This document shows positions 1-12,324 of a stretch of DNA of 64,000 nucleotides, one piece after another; within the stretch, counting starts at the first letter, position 1; every line of letters begins with the position of its first letter. Made by a program: the position numbers and the translations under genes. Where the stretch lies: the NCBI RefSeq assembly GCF_006345805.1, contig NC_043006.1, positions 82,212,001 to 82,276,000 of the forward strand. Reading direction: 5' to 3'. Below the pieces are notes generated by a model. It searched no databases. It saw only the letters and a list, made by a program, of their open reading frames with translations, and was not told the origin of the DNA. The stretch is from Octopus sinensis (taxonomy: Eukaryota).

Positions 1-600
1 TAACTGTCAATATTTATCGTTGGGATTAATTGATTGACACAGCAACGCTTCGGGATGCTGAAAATTGAAGTCTTGTAATTCAAAAGAGCATATCTGCTGG
101 AATTCTGAGTGGAATTCTGGTATTAATTGCATCCTTTTCTTCAACCCACCAACTGAGAAGAATGTTAGTCCTTATGACATGTAGCATAAGCTTCTTAGCC
201 ATTAATCTTGTGCCATTGCATAGCTGCAGTAGGTCTAAATTACGCAACATTCTTATTAAGGATAATTTTCTTTGACTGAGGTCTGAGTGGTGGTTGTCTG
301 GAGGCTTTAAGAAACTTTAAAATTTTGCAGGAAAGTACCGTATTTTAACATGTATAAGGAACCTCCTAATTTTGGGGGCTTAAAATTTAGAAAAAAGGTT
401 TTGTAAGGGATTATAATATTATCCATGTATGAGAAACGCCCATATTTTTTAAACCTAATTTTTGACAAAAACGGATTCCTTATACACGTTAAAATACGGT
501 AAATTACAATTTCCTAATCCACACCAGTGTCTGTGGGTATGACTGTTTCCTGGAAGTGCCTGCAAAGGCTACCATTGATGTTGGCTACAATAGTTTTTAA
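1..600 (-). pseudogene. Helitron PIF1-like helicase relic, interrupted by a MITE
   Basis: Minus strand reads MLRNLDLLQLCNGTRLMAKKL...TRIPLRIPADMLF, matching the Helitron helicase motif LRNL..LCNGTRL...PRIPL.P.D; has stops and frameshifts. Confidence 0.75.
338..499. mobile_element. Tc1/mariner (pogo/Tigger-like) MITE
   Basis: 24-bp TIR ccgtattttaacRtgtataaggaa with 1 mismatch; TA on both sides (336-337, 500-501). Confidence 0.85.
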
Positions 601-712
601 TGTAAAAGTAATACTCTTTCAGTAACGCTGCGGTGGACTGGCGTCCCGTCCAGCTTGGAGGAACACAGAAACCGGAAACCGGGCCCATGAACCTGGTCGA
701 CGTTTATCGTTT

Positions 713-1004
713 TGTGGAGGCGCAGTGGCCCAGTGGTTAGAGCAGCGGACTCGCGGTTGGGAGATCGCGGTTTCGGTTCCCGGACCGGGCGTTGTGTGTG
801 TTTATTGAGCGAAAACACTTAAAAAAGCTCCACGAGGCTCCGGCAGGGGGTGATGGTGACCCCTGTTGTACTCTTTCGCCACAACTTTTTCTCACTCTCT
901 CTTCCTGTTTCTTGAGTAACGCTGCGATGGCCTGGCGTCCCGTCCAGCTGGGGGAAACAGGGCCCATGAGCTTGGCTAGGCTTGAAAAGGGCGAGAAAAA
1001 AAAA
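713..1004 (+). mobile_element. tRNA-derived SINE family 1, tail A
   Basis: A box tggcccagtgg, B box gtttcggttcc, A-rich end; near-identical copy at 15584; a separate tail fragment lies at about 620-697. Confidence 0.85.
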
Positions 1005-1730
1005 CCCTTTCACACAGTGACTTGTGTGTTAGTTAATGATGTTGCCGCTAGATATGAATTATCCAAAGTGACCGTGAAATTAATTATGGAAATTTAGTAG
1101 CGATTCTCTCCTAAAAGGAAAACATTTCTTCGTGATAGTTCTTTGAACTTGCGTTCACAAGATTTAACTTTTGTGTGGTTGCTGCTGAAAAGACGCGTCA
1201 GCTACTGAAGGCAACGTATCAGCTGATATTAATTAATTTAATCGGAAAATCGGGAAGTAAAAATTCATTGGAAGGAGTTCAAATTACGATCACGAAGAAA
1301 TGTAGTTTTCCTTTTTGAACCATTTACTACACATGAAAAATGAAAAAAATATATATAAAAAGACAAGCAATTATAAATTAAAGGAAAACTGAAGAAATGT
1401 GGTTTTAAATAGAAATACAATTGAAAGATGGAAGAAAGAAGCCAATGAAATTATATACGAATTACAGTTAACATCTTTATACTCAAATTTAAACAACAAA
1501 ATATCGTGAAAAATAAAAGTAAACATTATGTTTTGTTAAATCTTTAATTAACTTTAATTAATAATCACAATAAATTTTTGTCGGTCGTGTTTTCAGCAGA
1601 TTTGGTAATTTTCTTTTCTTCAGAAATTCAAACTCTTCAATAGTTGTTTGTTTGCAACACCGCTTTTCCTTTTCTTCATAAACTTACCGATAACATGTCA
1701 AGAAGTTCTACAAATTTGTCATAACATTTG

Positions 1731-2049
1731 TGTTGGATTGGCCAAAAAGTCCGTTAATTTTTTTAAAGCGAAATTAAGATACGACTTTCAAACACGAAGC
1801 AATTTACCGTTTAAAAAGAGTATACGGTGTCGATAATATTCACTTTCGTTCTCCATTTTCAGAGTGATTCCAAGCACGTAAAATACAACCAGTCTTATCA
1901 CAAATTCACGTAGAACTGCGTTGAAGTATTAAATATCTAATGAGTGTTAGATACTTGATACTTCAAGGGAAAAAGTGAAGTTAGCTATTTATCAGTGTTG
2001 AAGTTTAGTATAGGCAAAATTCGAGCGAACTTTTTAGTCAACCCACTAT
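1731..2049. mobile_element. Degenerate mariner-like MITE
   Basis: Imperfect inverted ends ttggattggccaaaaagtccg and cgaactttttagtcaaccca. Confidence 0.45.
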
Positions 2050-3649
2050 TTCACTCTTCATTTGAATCTTGAGATGCAAAAATGTTATCGCTTTTTAAAA
2101 AAAAATGTAATTAAAAGTCTCTTCAATTCCTTTTGAACTCAAGTTTGTACGAGAAAAGTTTCTTCTATTCATCGCTTGTTTTTCGTTACCACTTTTGAAA
2201 GTTGCCATTCCGAACAACTTTTCAGTGTGCATTTCGAGTAAATCTGCTGATTTTGTCATTTACGTAGTTCAATCAGAATCTTTAACTGATCGCTGACCTG
2301 TGTTATCGCGGATAAATTCGTGATAAGCGCAACACAGTTCACAGTTGAGTGTACCGTGTTATCCAGGATCAGTATTGAGTGAATCAGCGATAAATGAGAA
2401 TAGATGTACCCAATCTAAAATCATGGATTACATGGAAAAATGCGGGCACGAAAAGTAATATTCTTGAGATTATAAACCTGGAAAAGTACAGGACAAGTTA
2501 TTACAGCGAGTTAACGTTTCTGCTAACTCACCGCGCTGTGACGTAAGCATTCATTTTAGAAATATATTCTTATCTTAACATTATTGCTTGGGGCGTTACT
2601 TGATGCTTCCTCACTGACAATAAATTTCATGACATTTCACCTCATAACTTTTTTCTACTAATTTTTATTCTATGAGACTAACGATTCAGAATTCCTCATC
2701 CATTTTTCTATCATTTAAGCCTAAGAAAAGTATACTTTTATTTTAAAATAAAAAAATTTATGTTAATTGAAGATGAATAGGTGCCTTATTGCCCATCTTT
2801 AGACCTCACATATCTTTATGTAACTTCTTTTCTACTGAACCAAATCTCAAACTATTTATGCCAAAGTATAGCTGAGCAGTGTCCTCTTTAAAACTGTTAA
2901 CAGTTTGCAATTTAGTTGAGAATTGATGTAGTGGTGAAGCTTGGAAGCTGCTGCGATTGACGAAATGGTGGGCTTAAGAATATATTCAACCACTACCGTG
3001 GTTGAATGATATATTAATAAAATAAGCAACCTTGCCTGCTTGCTTATCTGCAATGTTACACAGCCAAACTGGCGCATAATAGGAAAATACTATGAATTAA
3101 GTTTCCCCTGAAATGTTAATACAAACGGAATAAAACAAGTTTCGCGTAAATCGGACCACTAGTTATTGAGATATTCGGGGTATAAGTACCCAAAACGGTG
3201 CATAATGGGAAAATATTCCGAATATAACTTCATCTGAAAGGGAAGAAACTCTAACTTTTCATTTAGACACAGTGACTTAACAACGAAAAAGTACGATTTG
3301 TTTTTTTTACAATAACTATTTCTATTTTCGCTTTTGTTAAACATAATATTTTAATCATTTAGAATTATTTTTAAGTGGGTGTGATCTCAAAAATTTAAGT
3401 TGTTTGTACAGTATTTATATTTTAGCTTCCTTTAAACAGACAATAATTTAATGGTTTTTTTAAAAAATTATTTTCAAGTGAATACCATTACAAAATTTTA
3501 GGGGGCGTATTTAAAAAATATTTTAAAGTGAAAATAACTTTAGAAATACGGTAAATATTTCGTAAAAGACTCGTACGTAACCTCGGTGTGAATTAATTTT
3601 TTTTCCATAGGTATTTTTCGAGTGTATTCAACGTATCTCACCTCCAAAG

Positions 3650-3760
3650 ATTTGGCTGATATTCCTAGCACGCCCTGCTACCATGTAGCAGCTATTTGCG
3701 ATAAAGGACCCGAAATACCTGTTACGTGGTAGCAGGGCGTGCAAGAAATAGCAGCAAAAT
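3650..3760. repeat. Imperfect hairpin with 48-bp arms
   Basis: gcacgccctgctacca and tggtagcagggcgtgc at the core; about 15-bp spacer. Confidence 0.8.
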
Positions 3761-4425
3761 CTATTCTTTTCTGGGGAAAGGCGCTGTTTACGCGTGATTT
3801 CGATGTCATATCTGTTGAAGACATGCGAAATAACCTGGAAAAGAAAAAAAAAGCTTACGAAACAAAATTCCGTTGTTGGGAAACTCAGACTTTCCCGATG
3901 ACCTAACGGGTCACGGGTAGTCTTGTAAAAGAATAATTGTTGACTGCATTCACATACGAGTACGGATGACAGTAGACTTTTTGATAAAAATTTAGAAACG
4001 GCAACGAAATAGTGACAAATGTGAATAGTTGATGAGTATGTGATAGAGATGTTGCTGGTGATTGTTGTGATGGTAATGGATGCGACAGTTGCAAAGGTTA
4101 ACTCTATTTCTATGTCTAACTACGTGGTAAAGTATGAGAAATGATTATATTAAAGGCAAACAACAAAAATTATAATAACAGAAGAAAAGAAATATCGCAA
4201 ACTAGTGAGAGAAAATCTGATCTATACTTTTATAAGTTATGTGCAGAAGTTAAATACATAAAAATGCTTGTTTAACTTGGGCATATGTAGATGCGTGTAA
4301 GTTGCTAAAAGTATTAAGTTATGGTTTCGATTCTTGGTCGAAGCGTTTTTAAACATGAACGTTATATCTCAGTTTAATATTTTTTTTTTCTAATATAAAA
4401 ACCTTATATCGTTATCTCAGCAAAT

Positions 4426-4657
4426 TATTGTTGTTGTTGCTGCTTGTTTGTTGAGCGAAGCGGTTTTCGTCCTCTTGGGAGAAGTCCGAAACGTGGTCCT
4501 TTGCTATTCGTAAGACCCGCAGAAGAGAAAGCAGGTCAACACCCGACACCGAGAGCATCGACGGATGGATGAATGCGCATCCAGGCTCAATGGTTGCGTA
4601 GGAAGTCGGGGACAAGAAACAGGAAGAAAGAGTGTGAGAAAGTTGGGGCGAAGTAGA
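4426..4657 (-). mobile_element. 5'-truncated SINE family 1, tail D
   Basis: Reverse strand begins with the end of the family-1 core (ttcgccccaactttctcacactctttcttcctgtttctt), then a different tail ending in (CAA)n. Confidence 0.65.
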
Positions 4658-4729
4658 TGTAGAAATTATTAAACAATTTTAATATAAAATATTCATTTTT
4701 ATATTGACGTATAAAGTGTAAGGATAGAG

Positions 4730-5052
4730 GCCCCATTCTGTCATGAATGACCATGGCATTGCACATAGGAAGTTACCCTCCAAGGCACAAGTCCGGGAAA
4801 GGTTGTTTATGGAAGACCAGTAGTCGCCCATGCATACCAGCCCCCAGCCACCATGCCACTGATGTTATCTAAGCGAAAGGCAAAGGCCGATAATACAGCT
4901 TGGCACCACGAAATGTATTTCATTTCTACAGCTGATTGAACTGGAGCAAAGTGAAATAAAGTGTCCTGCTCAAGAACACAAAACACCGCACGGTCAAGGA
5001 ATCGAACTCACTACTTCATAATTGTGAGTCCGACGTTCTAACCACTGAGCCA
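4730..5052 (-). mobile_element. tRNA-derived SINE family 2, tail E
   Basis: Reverse strand has A box tggctcagtgg, B box gagttcgattcc and core cactttatttcac..tgctccagt..actcagctg-like sequence. Confidence 0.75.
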
Positions 5053-5099
5053 TAATTAAAAGTTAATGGCCACAAAGAACATAGGTTATTGTGCATGGA

Positions 5100-5420
5100 T
5101 GGAAATAAGGAAAATGCTTTTATGGATTGATAGTAAAGAAGTGAAAACCAATGCAAAATTGAAAAAGGAAAAAAACAGAGATTCGTACTTTTACGAATCT
5201 CTGTTTTCTCTATCCAAAATTCTATTTTGGAATTTATGGAAGTAACTTTCTTCGGAGACTTATATTGTCTTTGAATGCTCGAAAGGAGGAATAGATAGAC
5301 AGCCGACAACTGATGAAGGGTCGTTCTTTGTTTACTTGTCCTGTTTTCCATCTTTTCCTTTCCTTGTTTGCATATTTAACTCGTTTGTTTTCGTACTTCA
5401 TGTTGTTTACACAGAATTTA
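5100..5420 (+). mobile_element. Non-coding repeat (putative Penelope-like family P) ending in (TA)n
   Basis: Similar to 30620-30800 and to the reverse complement of 33090-33400; contains CGAAA...CTGATGAAGGG. Confidence 0.45.
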
Positions 5421-5442
5421 TATATATATTATTTATATTATT

Positions 5443-5800
5443 ATAGGCATAGGAGTGGCTGTGTGGTAAGTAGCTTGCTTACCAGCCACATGGTTCCGGG
5501 TTAAGTCCCACTGCGTGGCACCTTCGGCAAGTGTCTTCTACTATAGCCCCGGGCCGACCAAAGCCTTGTGAGTGGATTTGGTAGACGGAAACTGAAAGAA
5601 GCCCGTCGTATATATGTATATATGTATGTGTGTGTATATGTTTGTATGTCTGTGTTTGTCCCCCCAACATCGCTTGACAACCGATGCTGGTGTGTTTACG
5701 TCCCCGCAACTTAGCGGTTTGGCAAAAGAGATCGATAGATTTACTCGACTAAAGGCGGTGCTCCCGCATGGCCACATGACTGAAACAAGTAAAAGAGTAA
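5443..5800 (+). mobile_element. SINE family 3 (internal microsatellite, LINE-like tail)
   Basis: Head gtggctgtgtggtaag...gggttaagtcc, internal (TA/TG)n, tail ggcggtgctcc.gcatggcc...actgaaacaagtaaaaga; more than 10 copies in the window. Confidence 0.9.
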
Positions 5801-5845
5801 TTATTATTTAATTGAACGCCACGCATCCATTTCCAAGTATATATA

Positions 5846-5950
<105 letters not shown>

Positions 5951-5983
5951 TATATATATATCTTCAATAATAATAATAACTAC

Positions 5984-6627
5984 TACATTTCTTAACTCTT
6001 TGGATCCTCCTGGAATACCCTCTCACAAACTGACATTGAAGAAAGGATTTACAATCATGCTTTTGAGATATCTGATTCTCCCAAAGCTGTGCAATGGAAC
6101 AAGACTGATTATCAGGCAAATCCATTCACATCTTTTAAAAGCAACAATCCTCACTGGACAAGGAAAGGGAGAAAATGTGCTTATTTCAAGAATTACACTG
6201 ACTCCAGCAGACATGCCCTTTAAATTCAAGAGTCTTCACTCTCCAGTAAGAGTTAGTTTTGTAATGTCAATTAACAAGAGTCAGGGACAATCACTCAAAA
6301 TTGTTGGACTTCACCTCAGGCAGCAGTGCTTTTTTCCCATGGTCAGCTCCTATGTTGGTTGTTCCAGAACTGGAAATGGCAACAATCTCTTTATACTCAC
6401 ACCAAATGGTAAAATTAGGAATATTGTTTATCCTGCTGCTTTACATTGACCTCCAAATGTCACAATGATACGAAATTCTCCAAATGTGATACTTTGTGAT
6501 GTAAATCTGAGGTGATAGGATATCAATAAATGCTTTAGTATTTCTCTTTAGTTTTGGGCCACAGGCCCAATTAGCCCTGTGCAGGAGCTAGCCTCAAAGT
6601 CTGCACGGAGTGTGAATTTTAAGTTAG
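5984..6627 (+). mobile_element. Helitron 3' part with helicase C-terminus
   Basis: ORF 6000-6449 has PPGIPSHKLTLK, KLCNGTRL and SINKSQGQSL (PIF1 motifs); subterminal hairpin gtgcag...ctgcac. Confidence 0.9.
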
Positions 6628-6631
6628 TATG

Positions 6632-6707
<76 letters not shown>

Positions 6708-6819
6708 ATTTAGGAATAGTCATTTTGCCAGTTTAGCCAATAAAAACACACCCACTATATATTTGGTGTTACTTTGCTTCAGCGTCATTCACTTTTTACA
6801 TTAATCTTAATCTTATTTC

Positions 6820-6863
6820 GGCCAGAGTTCTTTCGTCACACTCCTGTGACCTCATCAGTGGTC
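6820..6863 (-). ncRNA. Minimal type-I hammerhead ribozyme motif
   Basis: gacca CUGAUGA g GUCAC aggagu GUGAC GAAA gaacUC uggcc. Confidence 0.7.
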
Positions 6864-7120
6864 CTTTACTTTCTTCTTTCTTATTTGCCTGTCTCTCCTT
6901 ACTAACAGTCAGCCATTTTGTATTTTGTATTCCTATTATATGTGTATATAAACAGGAGATACAAATATTACAGGCACTCCCCCCCACACACTAACTAAAT
7001 ATAAACACACATAGAGGTATACGCATGCGCAAATGAAGACACATACAATAGGAATACAAAATGCAAAATGGCTGACCGTTAGTAGGGAGAAACACGCAAA
7101 TAAGAAAGAAGAAAGCAAAG

Positions 7121-7164
7121 GACCACTGATGAGGTCACAGGAGTGTGACGAAAGAACTCTAGTC
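7121..7164 (+). ncRNA. Minimal type-I hammerhead ribozyme motif
   Basis: gacca CUGAUGA g GUCAC aggagu GUGAC GAAA gaacUC uaguc. Confidence 0.7.
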
Positions 7165-7332
7165 GAAATAAGATTAAGATTAATGTAAAAAGTGAATGAC
7201 GCTGAAGCAAAGTAACACCAAATATATAGTGGGTGTGTCTTTATTGGCTAAACTGGCAAAATGACTATTCCTAAATACAACAATATCTGTTTCAACACAC
7301 GATTTCATATAAAAAATCTTGCAAAACAAATA

Positions 7333-7394
<62 letters not shown>

Positions 7395-7572
7395 TTTACT
7401 CTTTTACTTGTTTCAATCATTTGACTGCGGCCAAGCTGGACCACCATCGAGATAATCGACCCCAGGACTTATTCTTTGTAAGCCTAGTACTTATTGCATC
7501 GATCTCTTTTGCCGAACCGAACACCATCGGTTGTCAAGCGATGTTAGGGCACAAACACACACACACACACAC

Positions 7573-7652
<80 letters not shown>

Positions 7653-7800
7653 TACGACAGGCTTCTTTCAGTTTCTGCCTACCAAATCCACTCACAAGGC
7701 TTTGGTCGGCCCGAGGCTATAGTAGAAGACACTTGCCGAAAGTGCCACGAAGTGGGAATGGATCCGGAACCATGTGGCTGGTAAGCAAGCTACTTACCAC

Positions 7801-7801
<1 letters not shown>
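7395..7801 (-). mobile_element. SINE family 3
   Basis: Reverse complement of the 5443 family with internal (CA)n(TA)n. Confidence 0.85.
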
Positions 7802-7835
<34 letters not shown>

Positions 7836-7916
7836 CACACACGCACGCACATAAACACACACACACACACACACACACGCACAAACATATACACACACAC
7901 ACACAAACACATGCAG

Positions 7917-9086
7917 TAGGGTGCGTAAAATATTTGAGGACAAGTTTATGCTTATAAAAAAACAGCTATATAATAACAGATAATAACTTTATTTATCACA
8001 AAATGCTATGAGGATAAAAATAAACCTTCTTTTCTATAATGTTATTTAATAAAGCTACCCTCAGCTTCAGCAACTGCTTCTATAGGAGATCTAAATCATG
8101 TACATGCTCGAATCAAGTGGTTCTGGTCCATTTCGGACATTACTCTGACTGTGGCAGCTTTTAAAGAATCTTTGCTGTTATGGGCATGTTCATTGACCTC
8201 TCTCTCAACAACGCTCCACATGTAATAATCCAATGGTTTGAGAAATTAGGAGGTTATGTGATCATGAAAAATTTCAGCCATGCATTCCTGTGTTACTGGA
8301 GCCATGTGTGATAGTGCAGAGCCTTACTGAAACACATATGCCCTTCCATTGCATACATTGTCTATCCAAGACTTAACAATTATTTCCAGGACCTCAATGT
8401 AGACAACCCCTAAAACCATGACATTTACATGAAATTTTGTGTGCATAACACTTGGAACTTCAGAAGGATCTGCACATAACCATCTGTCATTTCTTCTGTT
8501 AACTTTTTGATTTTGGTCGAAGTTTTTCTCGTTTGAGAAAAATCAAATCACATCTTCTGGATTTTTCAGTTTGTTTAAGAGCCTTTTAGATCCGTTGTAG
8601 TGACTTTCTTTTGCTTTTTCTGATAAATTGTCCTTTCCTCATTATATAAAACTTATATCTGATATCTTCGTGGACAACTTTTCTGACTGTTCCTTCTGAC
8701 ACATGGAGATTTTTTGCAATTGGCCTCATACACTTTCTGGGATTGTAATCAACGGTCTGTTGAACTTGCTGGATAAATTCAAGTATTCTGATGATTTCAG
8801 AGTGTTTAGAATGCTTTTTATGCTTTGATACTAGTGATACATTTCCATCTTCAGTCTCTAGCTACTTACAAACTTTGTAGACGAAAGATCTGGCAACTTT
8901 TAAAAATCGAGATATTTCTAAATATCTATACTCAGCCTTTATAACCACAATGACAGCATGCCTCTTCACTTCTTGAGTAAGCTGAGGGTCTGCCATTATT
9001 ATTTTCTGAAACAAAGATATACTGAGTAAGCCAAAAATACAGCAATGACCCAAAAAGGTATGTCTTCAAATACCTTACGCACCCTG
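7917..9086 (-). mobile_element. Tc1/mariner-superfamily transposon (maT/DD37D-like) with dead transposase
   Basis: About 26-bp imperfect TIRs (agggtgcgtaa..tatttga.gaca); reads MADPQLTQEVKRHAVIV, FFSNEKNF and KPLDYYMWSVVERE with stops. Confidence 0.85.
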
Positions 9087-9097
9087 AATATATATAT

Positions 9098-9151
<54 letters not shown>

Positions 9152-9159
9152 AAAATGAG

Positions 9160-10700
9160 AAGTTTAAACAAATCATTGTTGCTTTCCCGTACTTTCCCAT
9201 CTAGGCCTCGGGTACTTTCATTGTTCGTGTTTTGTTTTTGAAGACCATACACAGCGGTGACAGATCCTTTGTAGCACATGTTACACATATTTAAATGCAT
9301 AGAATAGGTGAGAGAGTTCGACATTCATGCGTGAGTCAAGGTCGTTTAGCGACAGTGATCGGTAAAGTATGACCCAATTGTTGTCAATCTGAACTTCCTC
9401 GTCGTTTCTCAGTTGGTATCTTGGTTAGAAGTTCTTCATCTTCGGACTTACTCCTTTTGTACATTGGGTTAGCATCTTCACTAGTTTATTTTCTATCAGT
9501 TTTCCTGGATATCTATCTAAATATTTCATATTATCCGTGCAAGGAGTTATAGCGGCACAAACAGCCAGCGCCATATTGGATGACATCTCGCGGCAGCCAT
9601 TGCCATCTCCGAGACTGGAGCGATACCTCACCTGCATCCATTTGCCATGCGCGAGATAACAACGAGGCTCGCGATGGGAACGATGTAGACGGAAAATCGA
9701 TTCAGTTCTGTCTTTTCTCTTTTGGCGCCATTAGACAGCAGCATTGGCTGAACACCAGCACAGGCAGCGCTTTCTGCCTGTCTATCTCCAGAGGCAATGC
9801 GCCCACACTATTCGGAGCTTAAGATGGTAGCTGTGAGCAGCACCCTTCACCTTTCCTGTAACTAAACCAGTTGTAAATAGCATTTATGCTTGAAGTCTTT
9901 TATCTTCGCCTGCCGAAAGCCTGAACTTCATAAAGAACAAGAAAAAGATGATGGAAGAAGATGATATTCCGCGGATATCATAAACCTTGCCTTCCATTAC
10001 TAAAGAGTTTAGGCATTTAGGAATCCACATATATCATGAACCATTGTTCTTTTTGATAGTATCAAATATGGAGTTGGTCACTTATAAAGCCTGAGAGCTC
10101 TATTGGTATAACTGAGCGTATTTGATTGGGCTGCATTTTTGTTTTTGGCTAGATTAGATTATTTACATGAGGAAAGCCTCCTTTCCGCCATATCTATCAG
10201 TGTGGAGGCGCAATGGCCCAGTGGTTAGGGCAGCGGACTCGCGGTCGTAGGATCGCGGTTTCGATTCCCAGACCAGGAGTTGTGAGTGTTTATTGAGCGA
10301 AAACACCTAAAGCTCCACGATGCTCTAGCAGTGGGTGGTGGCGATCCCTGCTGTGCTCTTTCGCCACAACTTTCTCTCGCCCTTTCTTCTGTTGGCCTGC
10401 TCGCTTAGCCTGCGGGATGGCGCCATTTGAAGGCTAAAACAGCGCGAAGCGCATTGTGACCAGCGATGTGTAGCAACATCTGATGGCCTGGTCGATCACG
10501 GTGATCACGGTGATATCTATCAGTATCAAAGATATTCTTCCTCGCTACGAGAGGTATTACTTTGATGAGGTGTTTATGGAGAACTCTAACCAATAATTCC
10601 TGTCAGAACGCCGTACACTGTCCTGGGGAAAACTCTTTACTCACCTCTTTCTAAGCAGGATTACTTGATGGAAGTTACAAAAAGACCTGACATCCAGAAA
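9160..10700 (-). pseudogene. Helitron Rep (HUH endonuclease) relic split by insertions
   Basis: Decayed motifs in the expected order: GLFVT..NPA*KEV...PGQ, WRKGGFPHVNNLI (cf. EWQKRGLPHAHIL), IDNNWVILY (cf. DNRWVVPY), MNVE, YKGSVTAVYGL. Confidence 0.75.
10202..10512 (+). mobile_element. SINE family 1, tail B
   Basis: Same head and core as 713; 12-bp TSD atatctatcagt at 10190-10201 and 10513-10524. Confidence 0.9.
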
Positions 10701-11410
10701 TTCTCCCGTGTGAATGATCTTGAGATCATTCACACATATATATCATTAAAATTGTTTCGAAGTATGCTTAATTCTTCTGTCGACTTTTTTTGTTGGTACT
10801 ATCTCTCAGATGACTGTATGAGTCAAAAACGTATCTTTATTTATTAACTTATTCATCTATTTATTTTGATGTACATGGCAATTGCATAATAATGAAATGA
10901 ATCATGACATAGTTGCAAGTGGCTGGAGTATTATTAGAAAATAGGAAATACAAATAGTCTGATTAAAAATCTGGGCACGACGGAAATTGTTTACGCTCTG
11001 ACTAAACGAAATTTCAGAGTGAAACCCATTTTGGCATGTACATAGATAAGCGAAAACTGAGTAGATAGAGATCATATGATCTCGGTCTCACTCACCCTCT
11101 TCATATTGTCACGAAGTTTTAGGACAACGTCTCTTTTCCCCCATATTCCTAGTAACGCGTTATCAAAACGATCACAAAGCAAATTAATGCACTGAATAAA
11201 TAAGGAAGTCATTGTAGTTGCTTACCGGCATCAGTGACTTATTTGAAATCCACAGAAAGAGCAAAATGCAATGCATAGGTAATATTTCTTTTGACATAAT
11301 CGTTTGTGCTATTCTTGGTGACCTGAATAGTATGCTGTGCGTGACGTTGCTCTCTCATTTGTGTATGTATGTATGTATGTATGTATGTATGTTTATTATA
11401 TATGTATGGA

Positions 11411-11467
<57 letters not shown>

Positions 11468-11881
11468 TAGTTATTTCGATCTTGAAAGGATGGACTTGGT
11501 GCAAACTTAACTGTATCTATTATTATTATTATTATTATTATTAATATTAATAGTAATTTTTATTAACTTTCATAGCTTTAGAATTTTATGAACTGAACCA
11601 TGGTTTTAATTATTATTTTTCATCTCCCTATGTGTTAGTTTTTTTTTAAAAACTATTAGCCAAATATGTATAATATCGGTACTTATTAATATTAATATAT
11701 ACACTGATATATATTTTGTTTTATTTTGTTCTGTTTACCTTCCTTTATTGTACCAATGAGTATTATATTATATAAGTGTAGCATTATGATGTATAAGTTT
11801 TTATATTTTACATTTTTATATTTTTATATTTATATGTATATGGTTATATAATATTTTTCACAATTATAACAAATTTAATTT

Positions 11882-11997
11882 AATTCTCTGAAGAGGCCGT
11901 GGGGCATCCTTGTTAATGCCTCATTTATACCTGCCTTTATGGCTTAGAGGTTAAATGAGGTATGACTGCCCTCACTGCCGAAACAGCTGTCAGTTTT
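11882..11997 (+). ncRNA. Hammerhead ribozyme motif with long stem II
   Basis: CUGAAGA GGC.GUGGGGCA...UGCCC.CAC.GCC GAAA CAGCUG UC; stem III palindrome ACAGCUGU; stem I weak. Confidence 0.7.
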
Positions 11998-12182
11998 GAT
12001 TTAATTGCATATATATTTGAAATTTTTTACTTATATCTCTTTATCTTTTTACTATTACTGTATATCTCATTTTGCATAATGCCTTTACTCATATGTAATG
12101 GTGTATTAAAGTATTGATTGGGTATCATCGGATAGTTGATGTTTTATTGATTAAGTAGATTTTCTCATTCTCTAATTTTGTA

Positions 12183-12235
<53 letters not shown>

Positions 12236-12274
12236 ACATACATACATACATACATACATACATACATACATACA

Positions 12275-12307
<33 letters not shown>

Positions 12308-12324
12308 GTATATGTATGCATGTG

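Larger units (their letters stand above)
6699..7285. repeat. Long inverted repeat (about 247-bp arms, 93-bp spacer) between (TA)n tracts
   Basis: 6699-6945 is the reverse complement of 7039-7285 with few mismatches. Confidence 0.95.

Noticed and set aside
10202-10280. tRNA-Arg-like sequence as a tRNA gene
   Set aside because: Continues into a SINE body with a TSD and recurs with mutations
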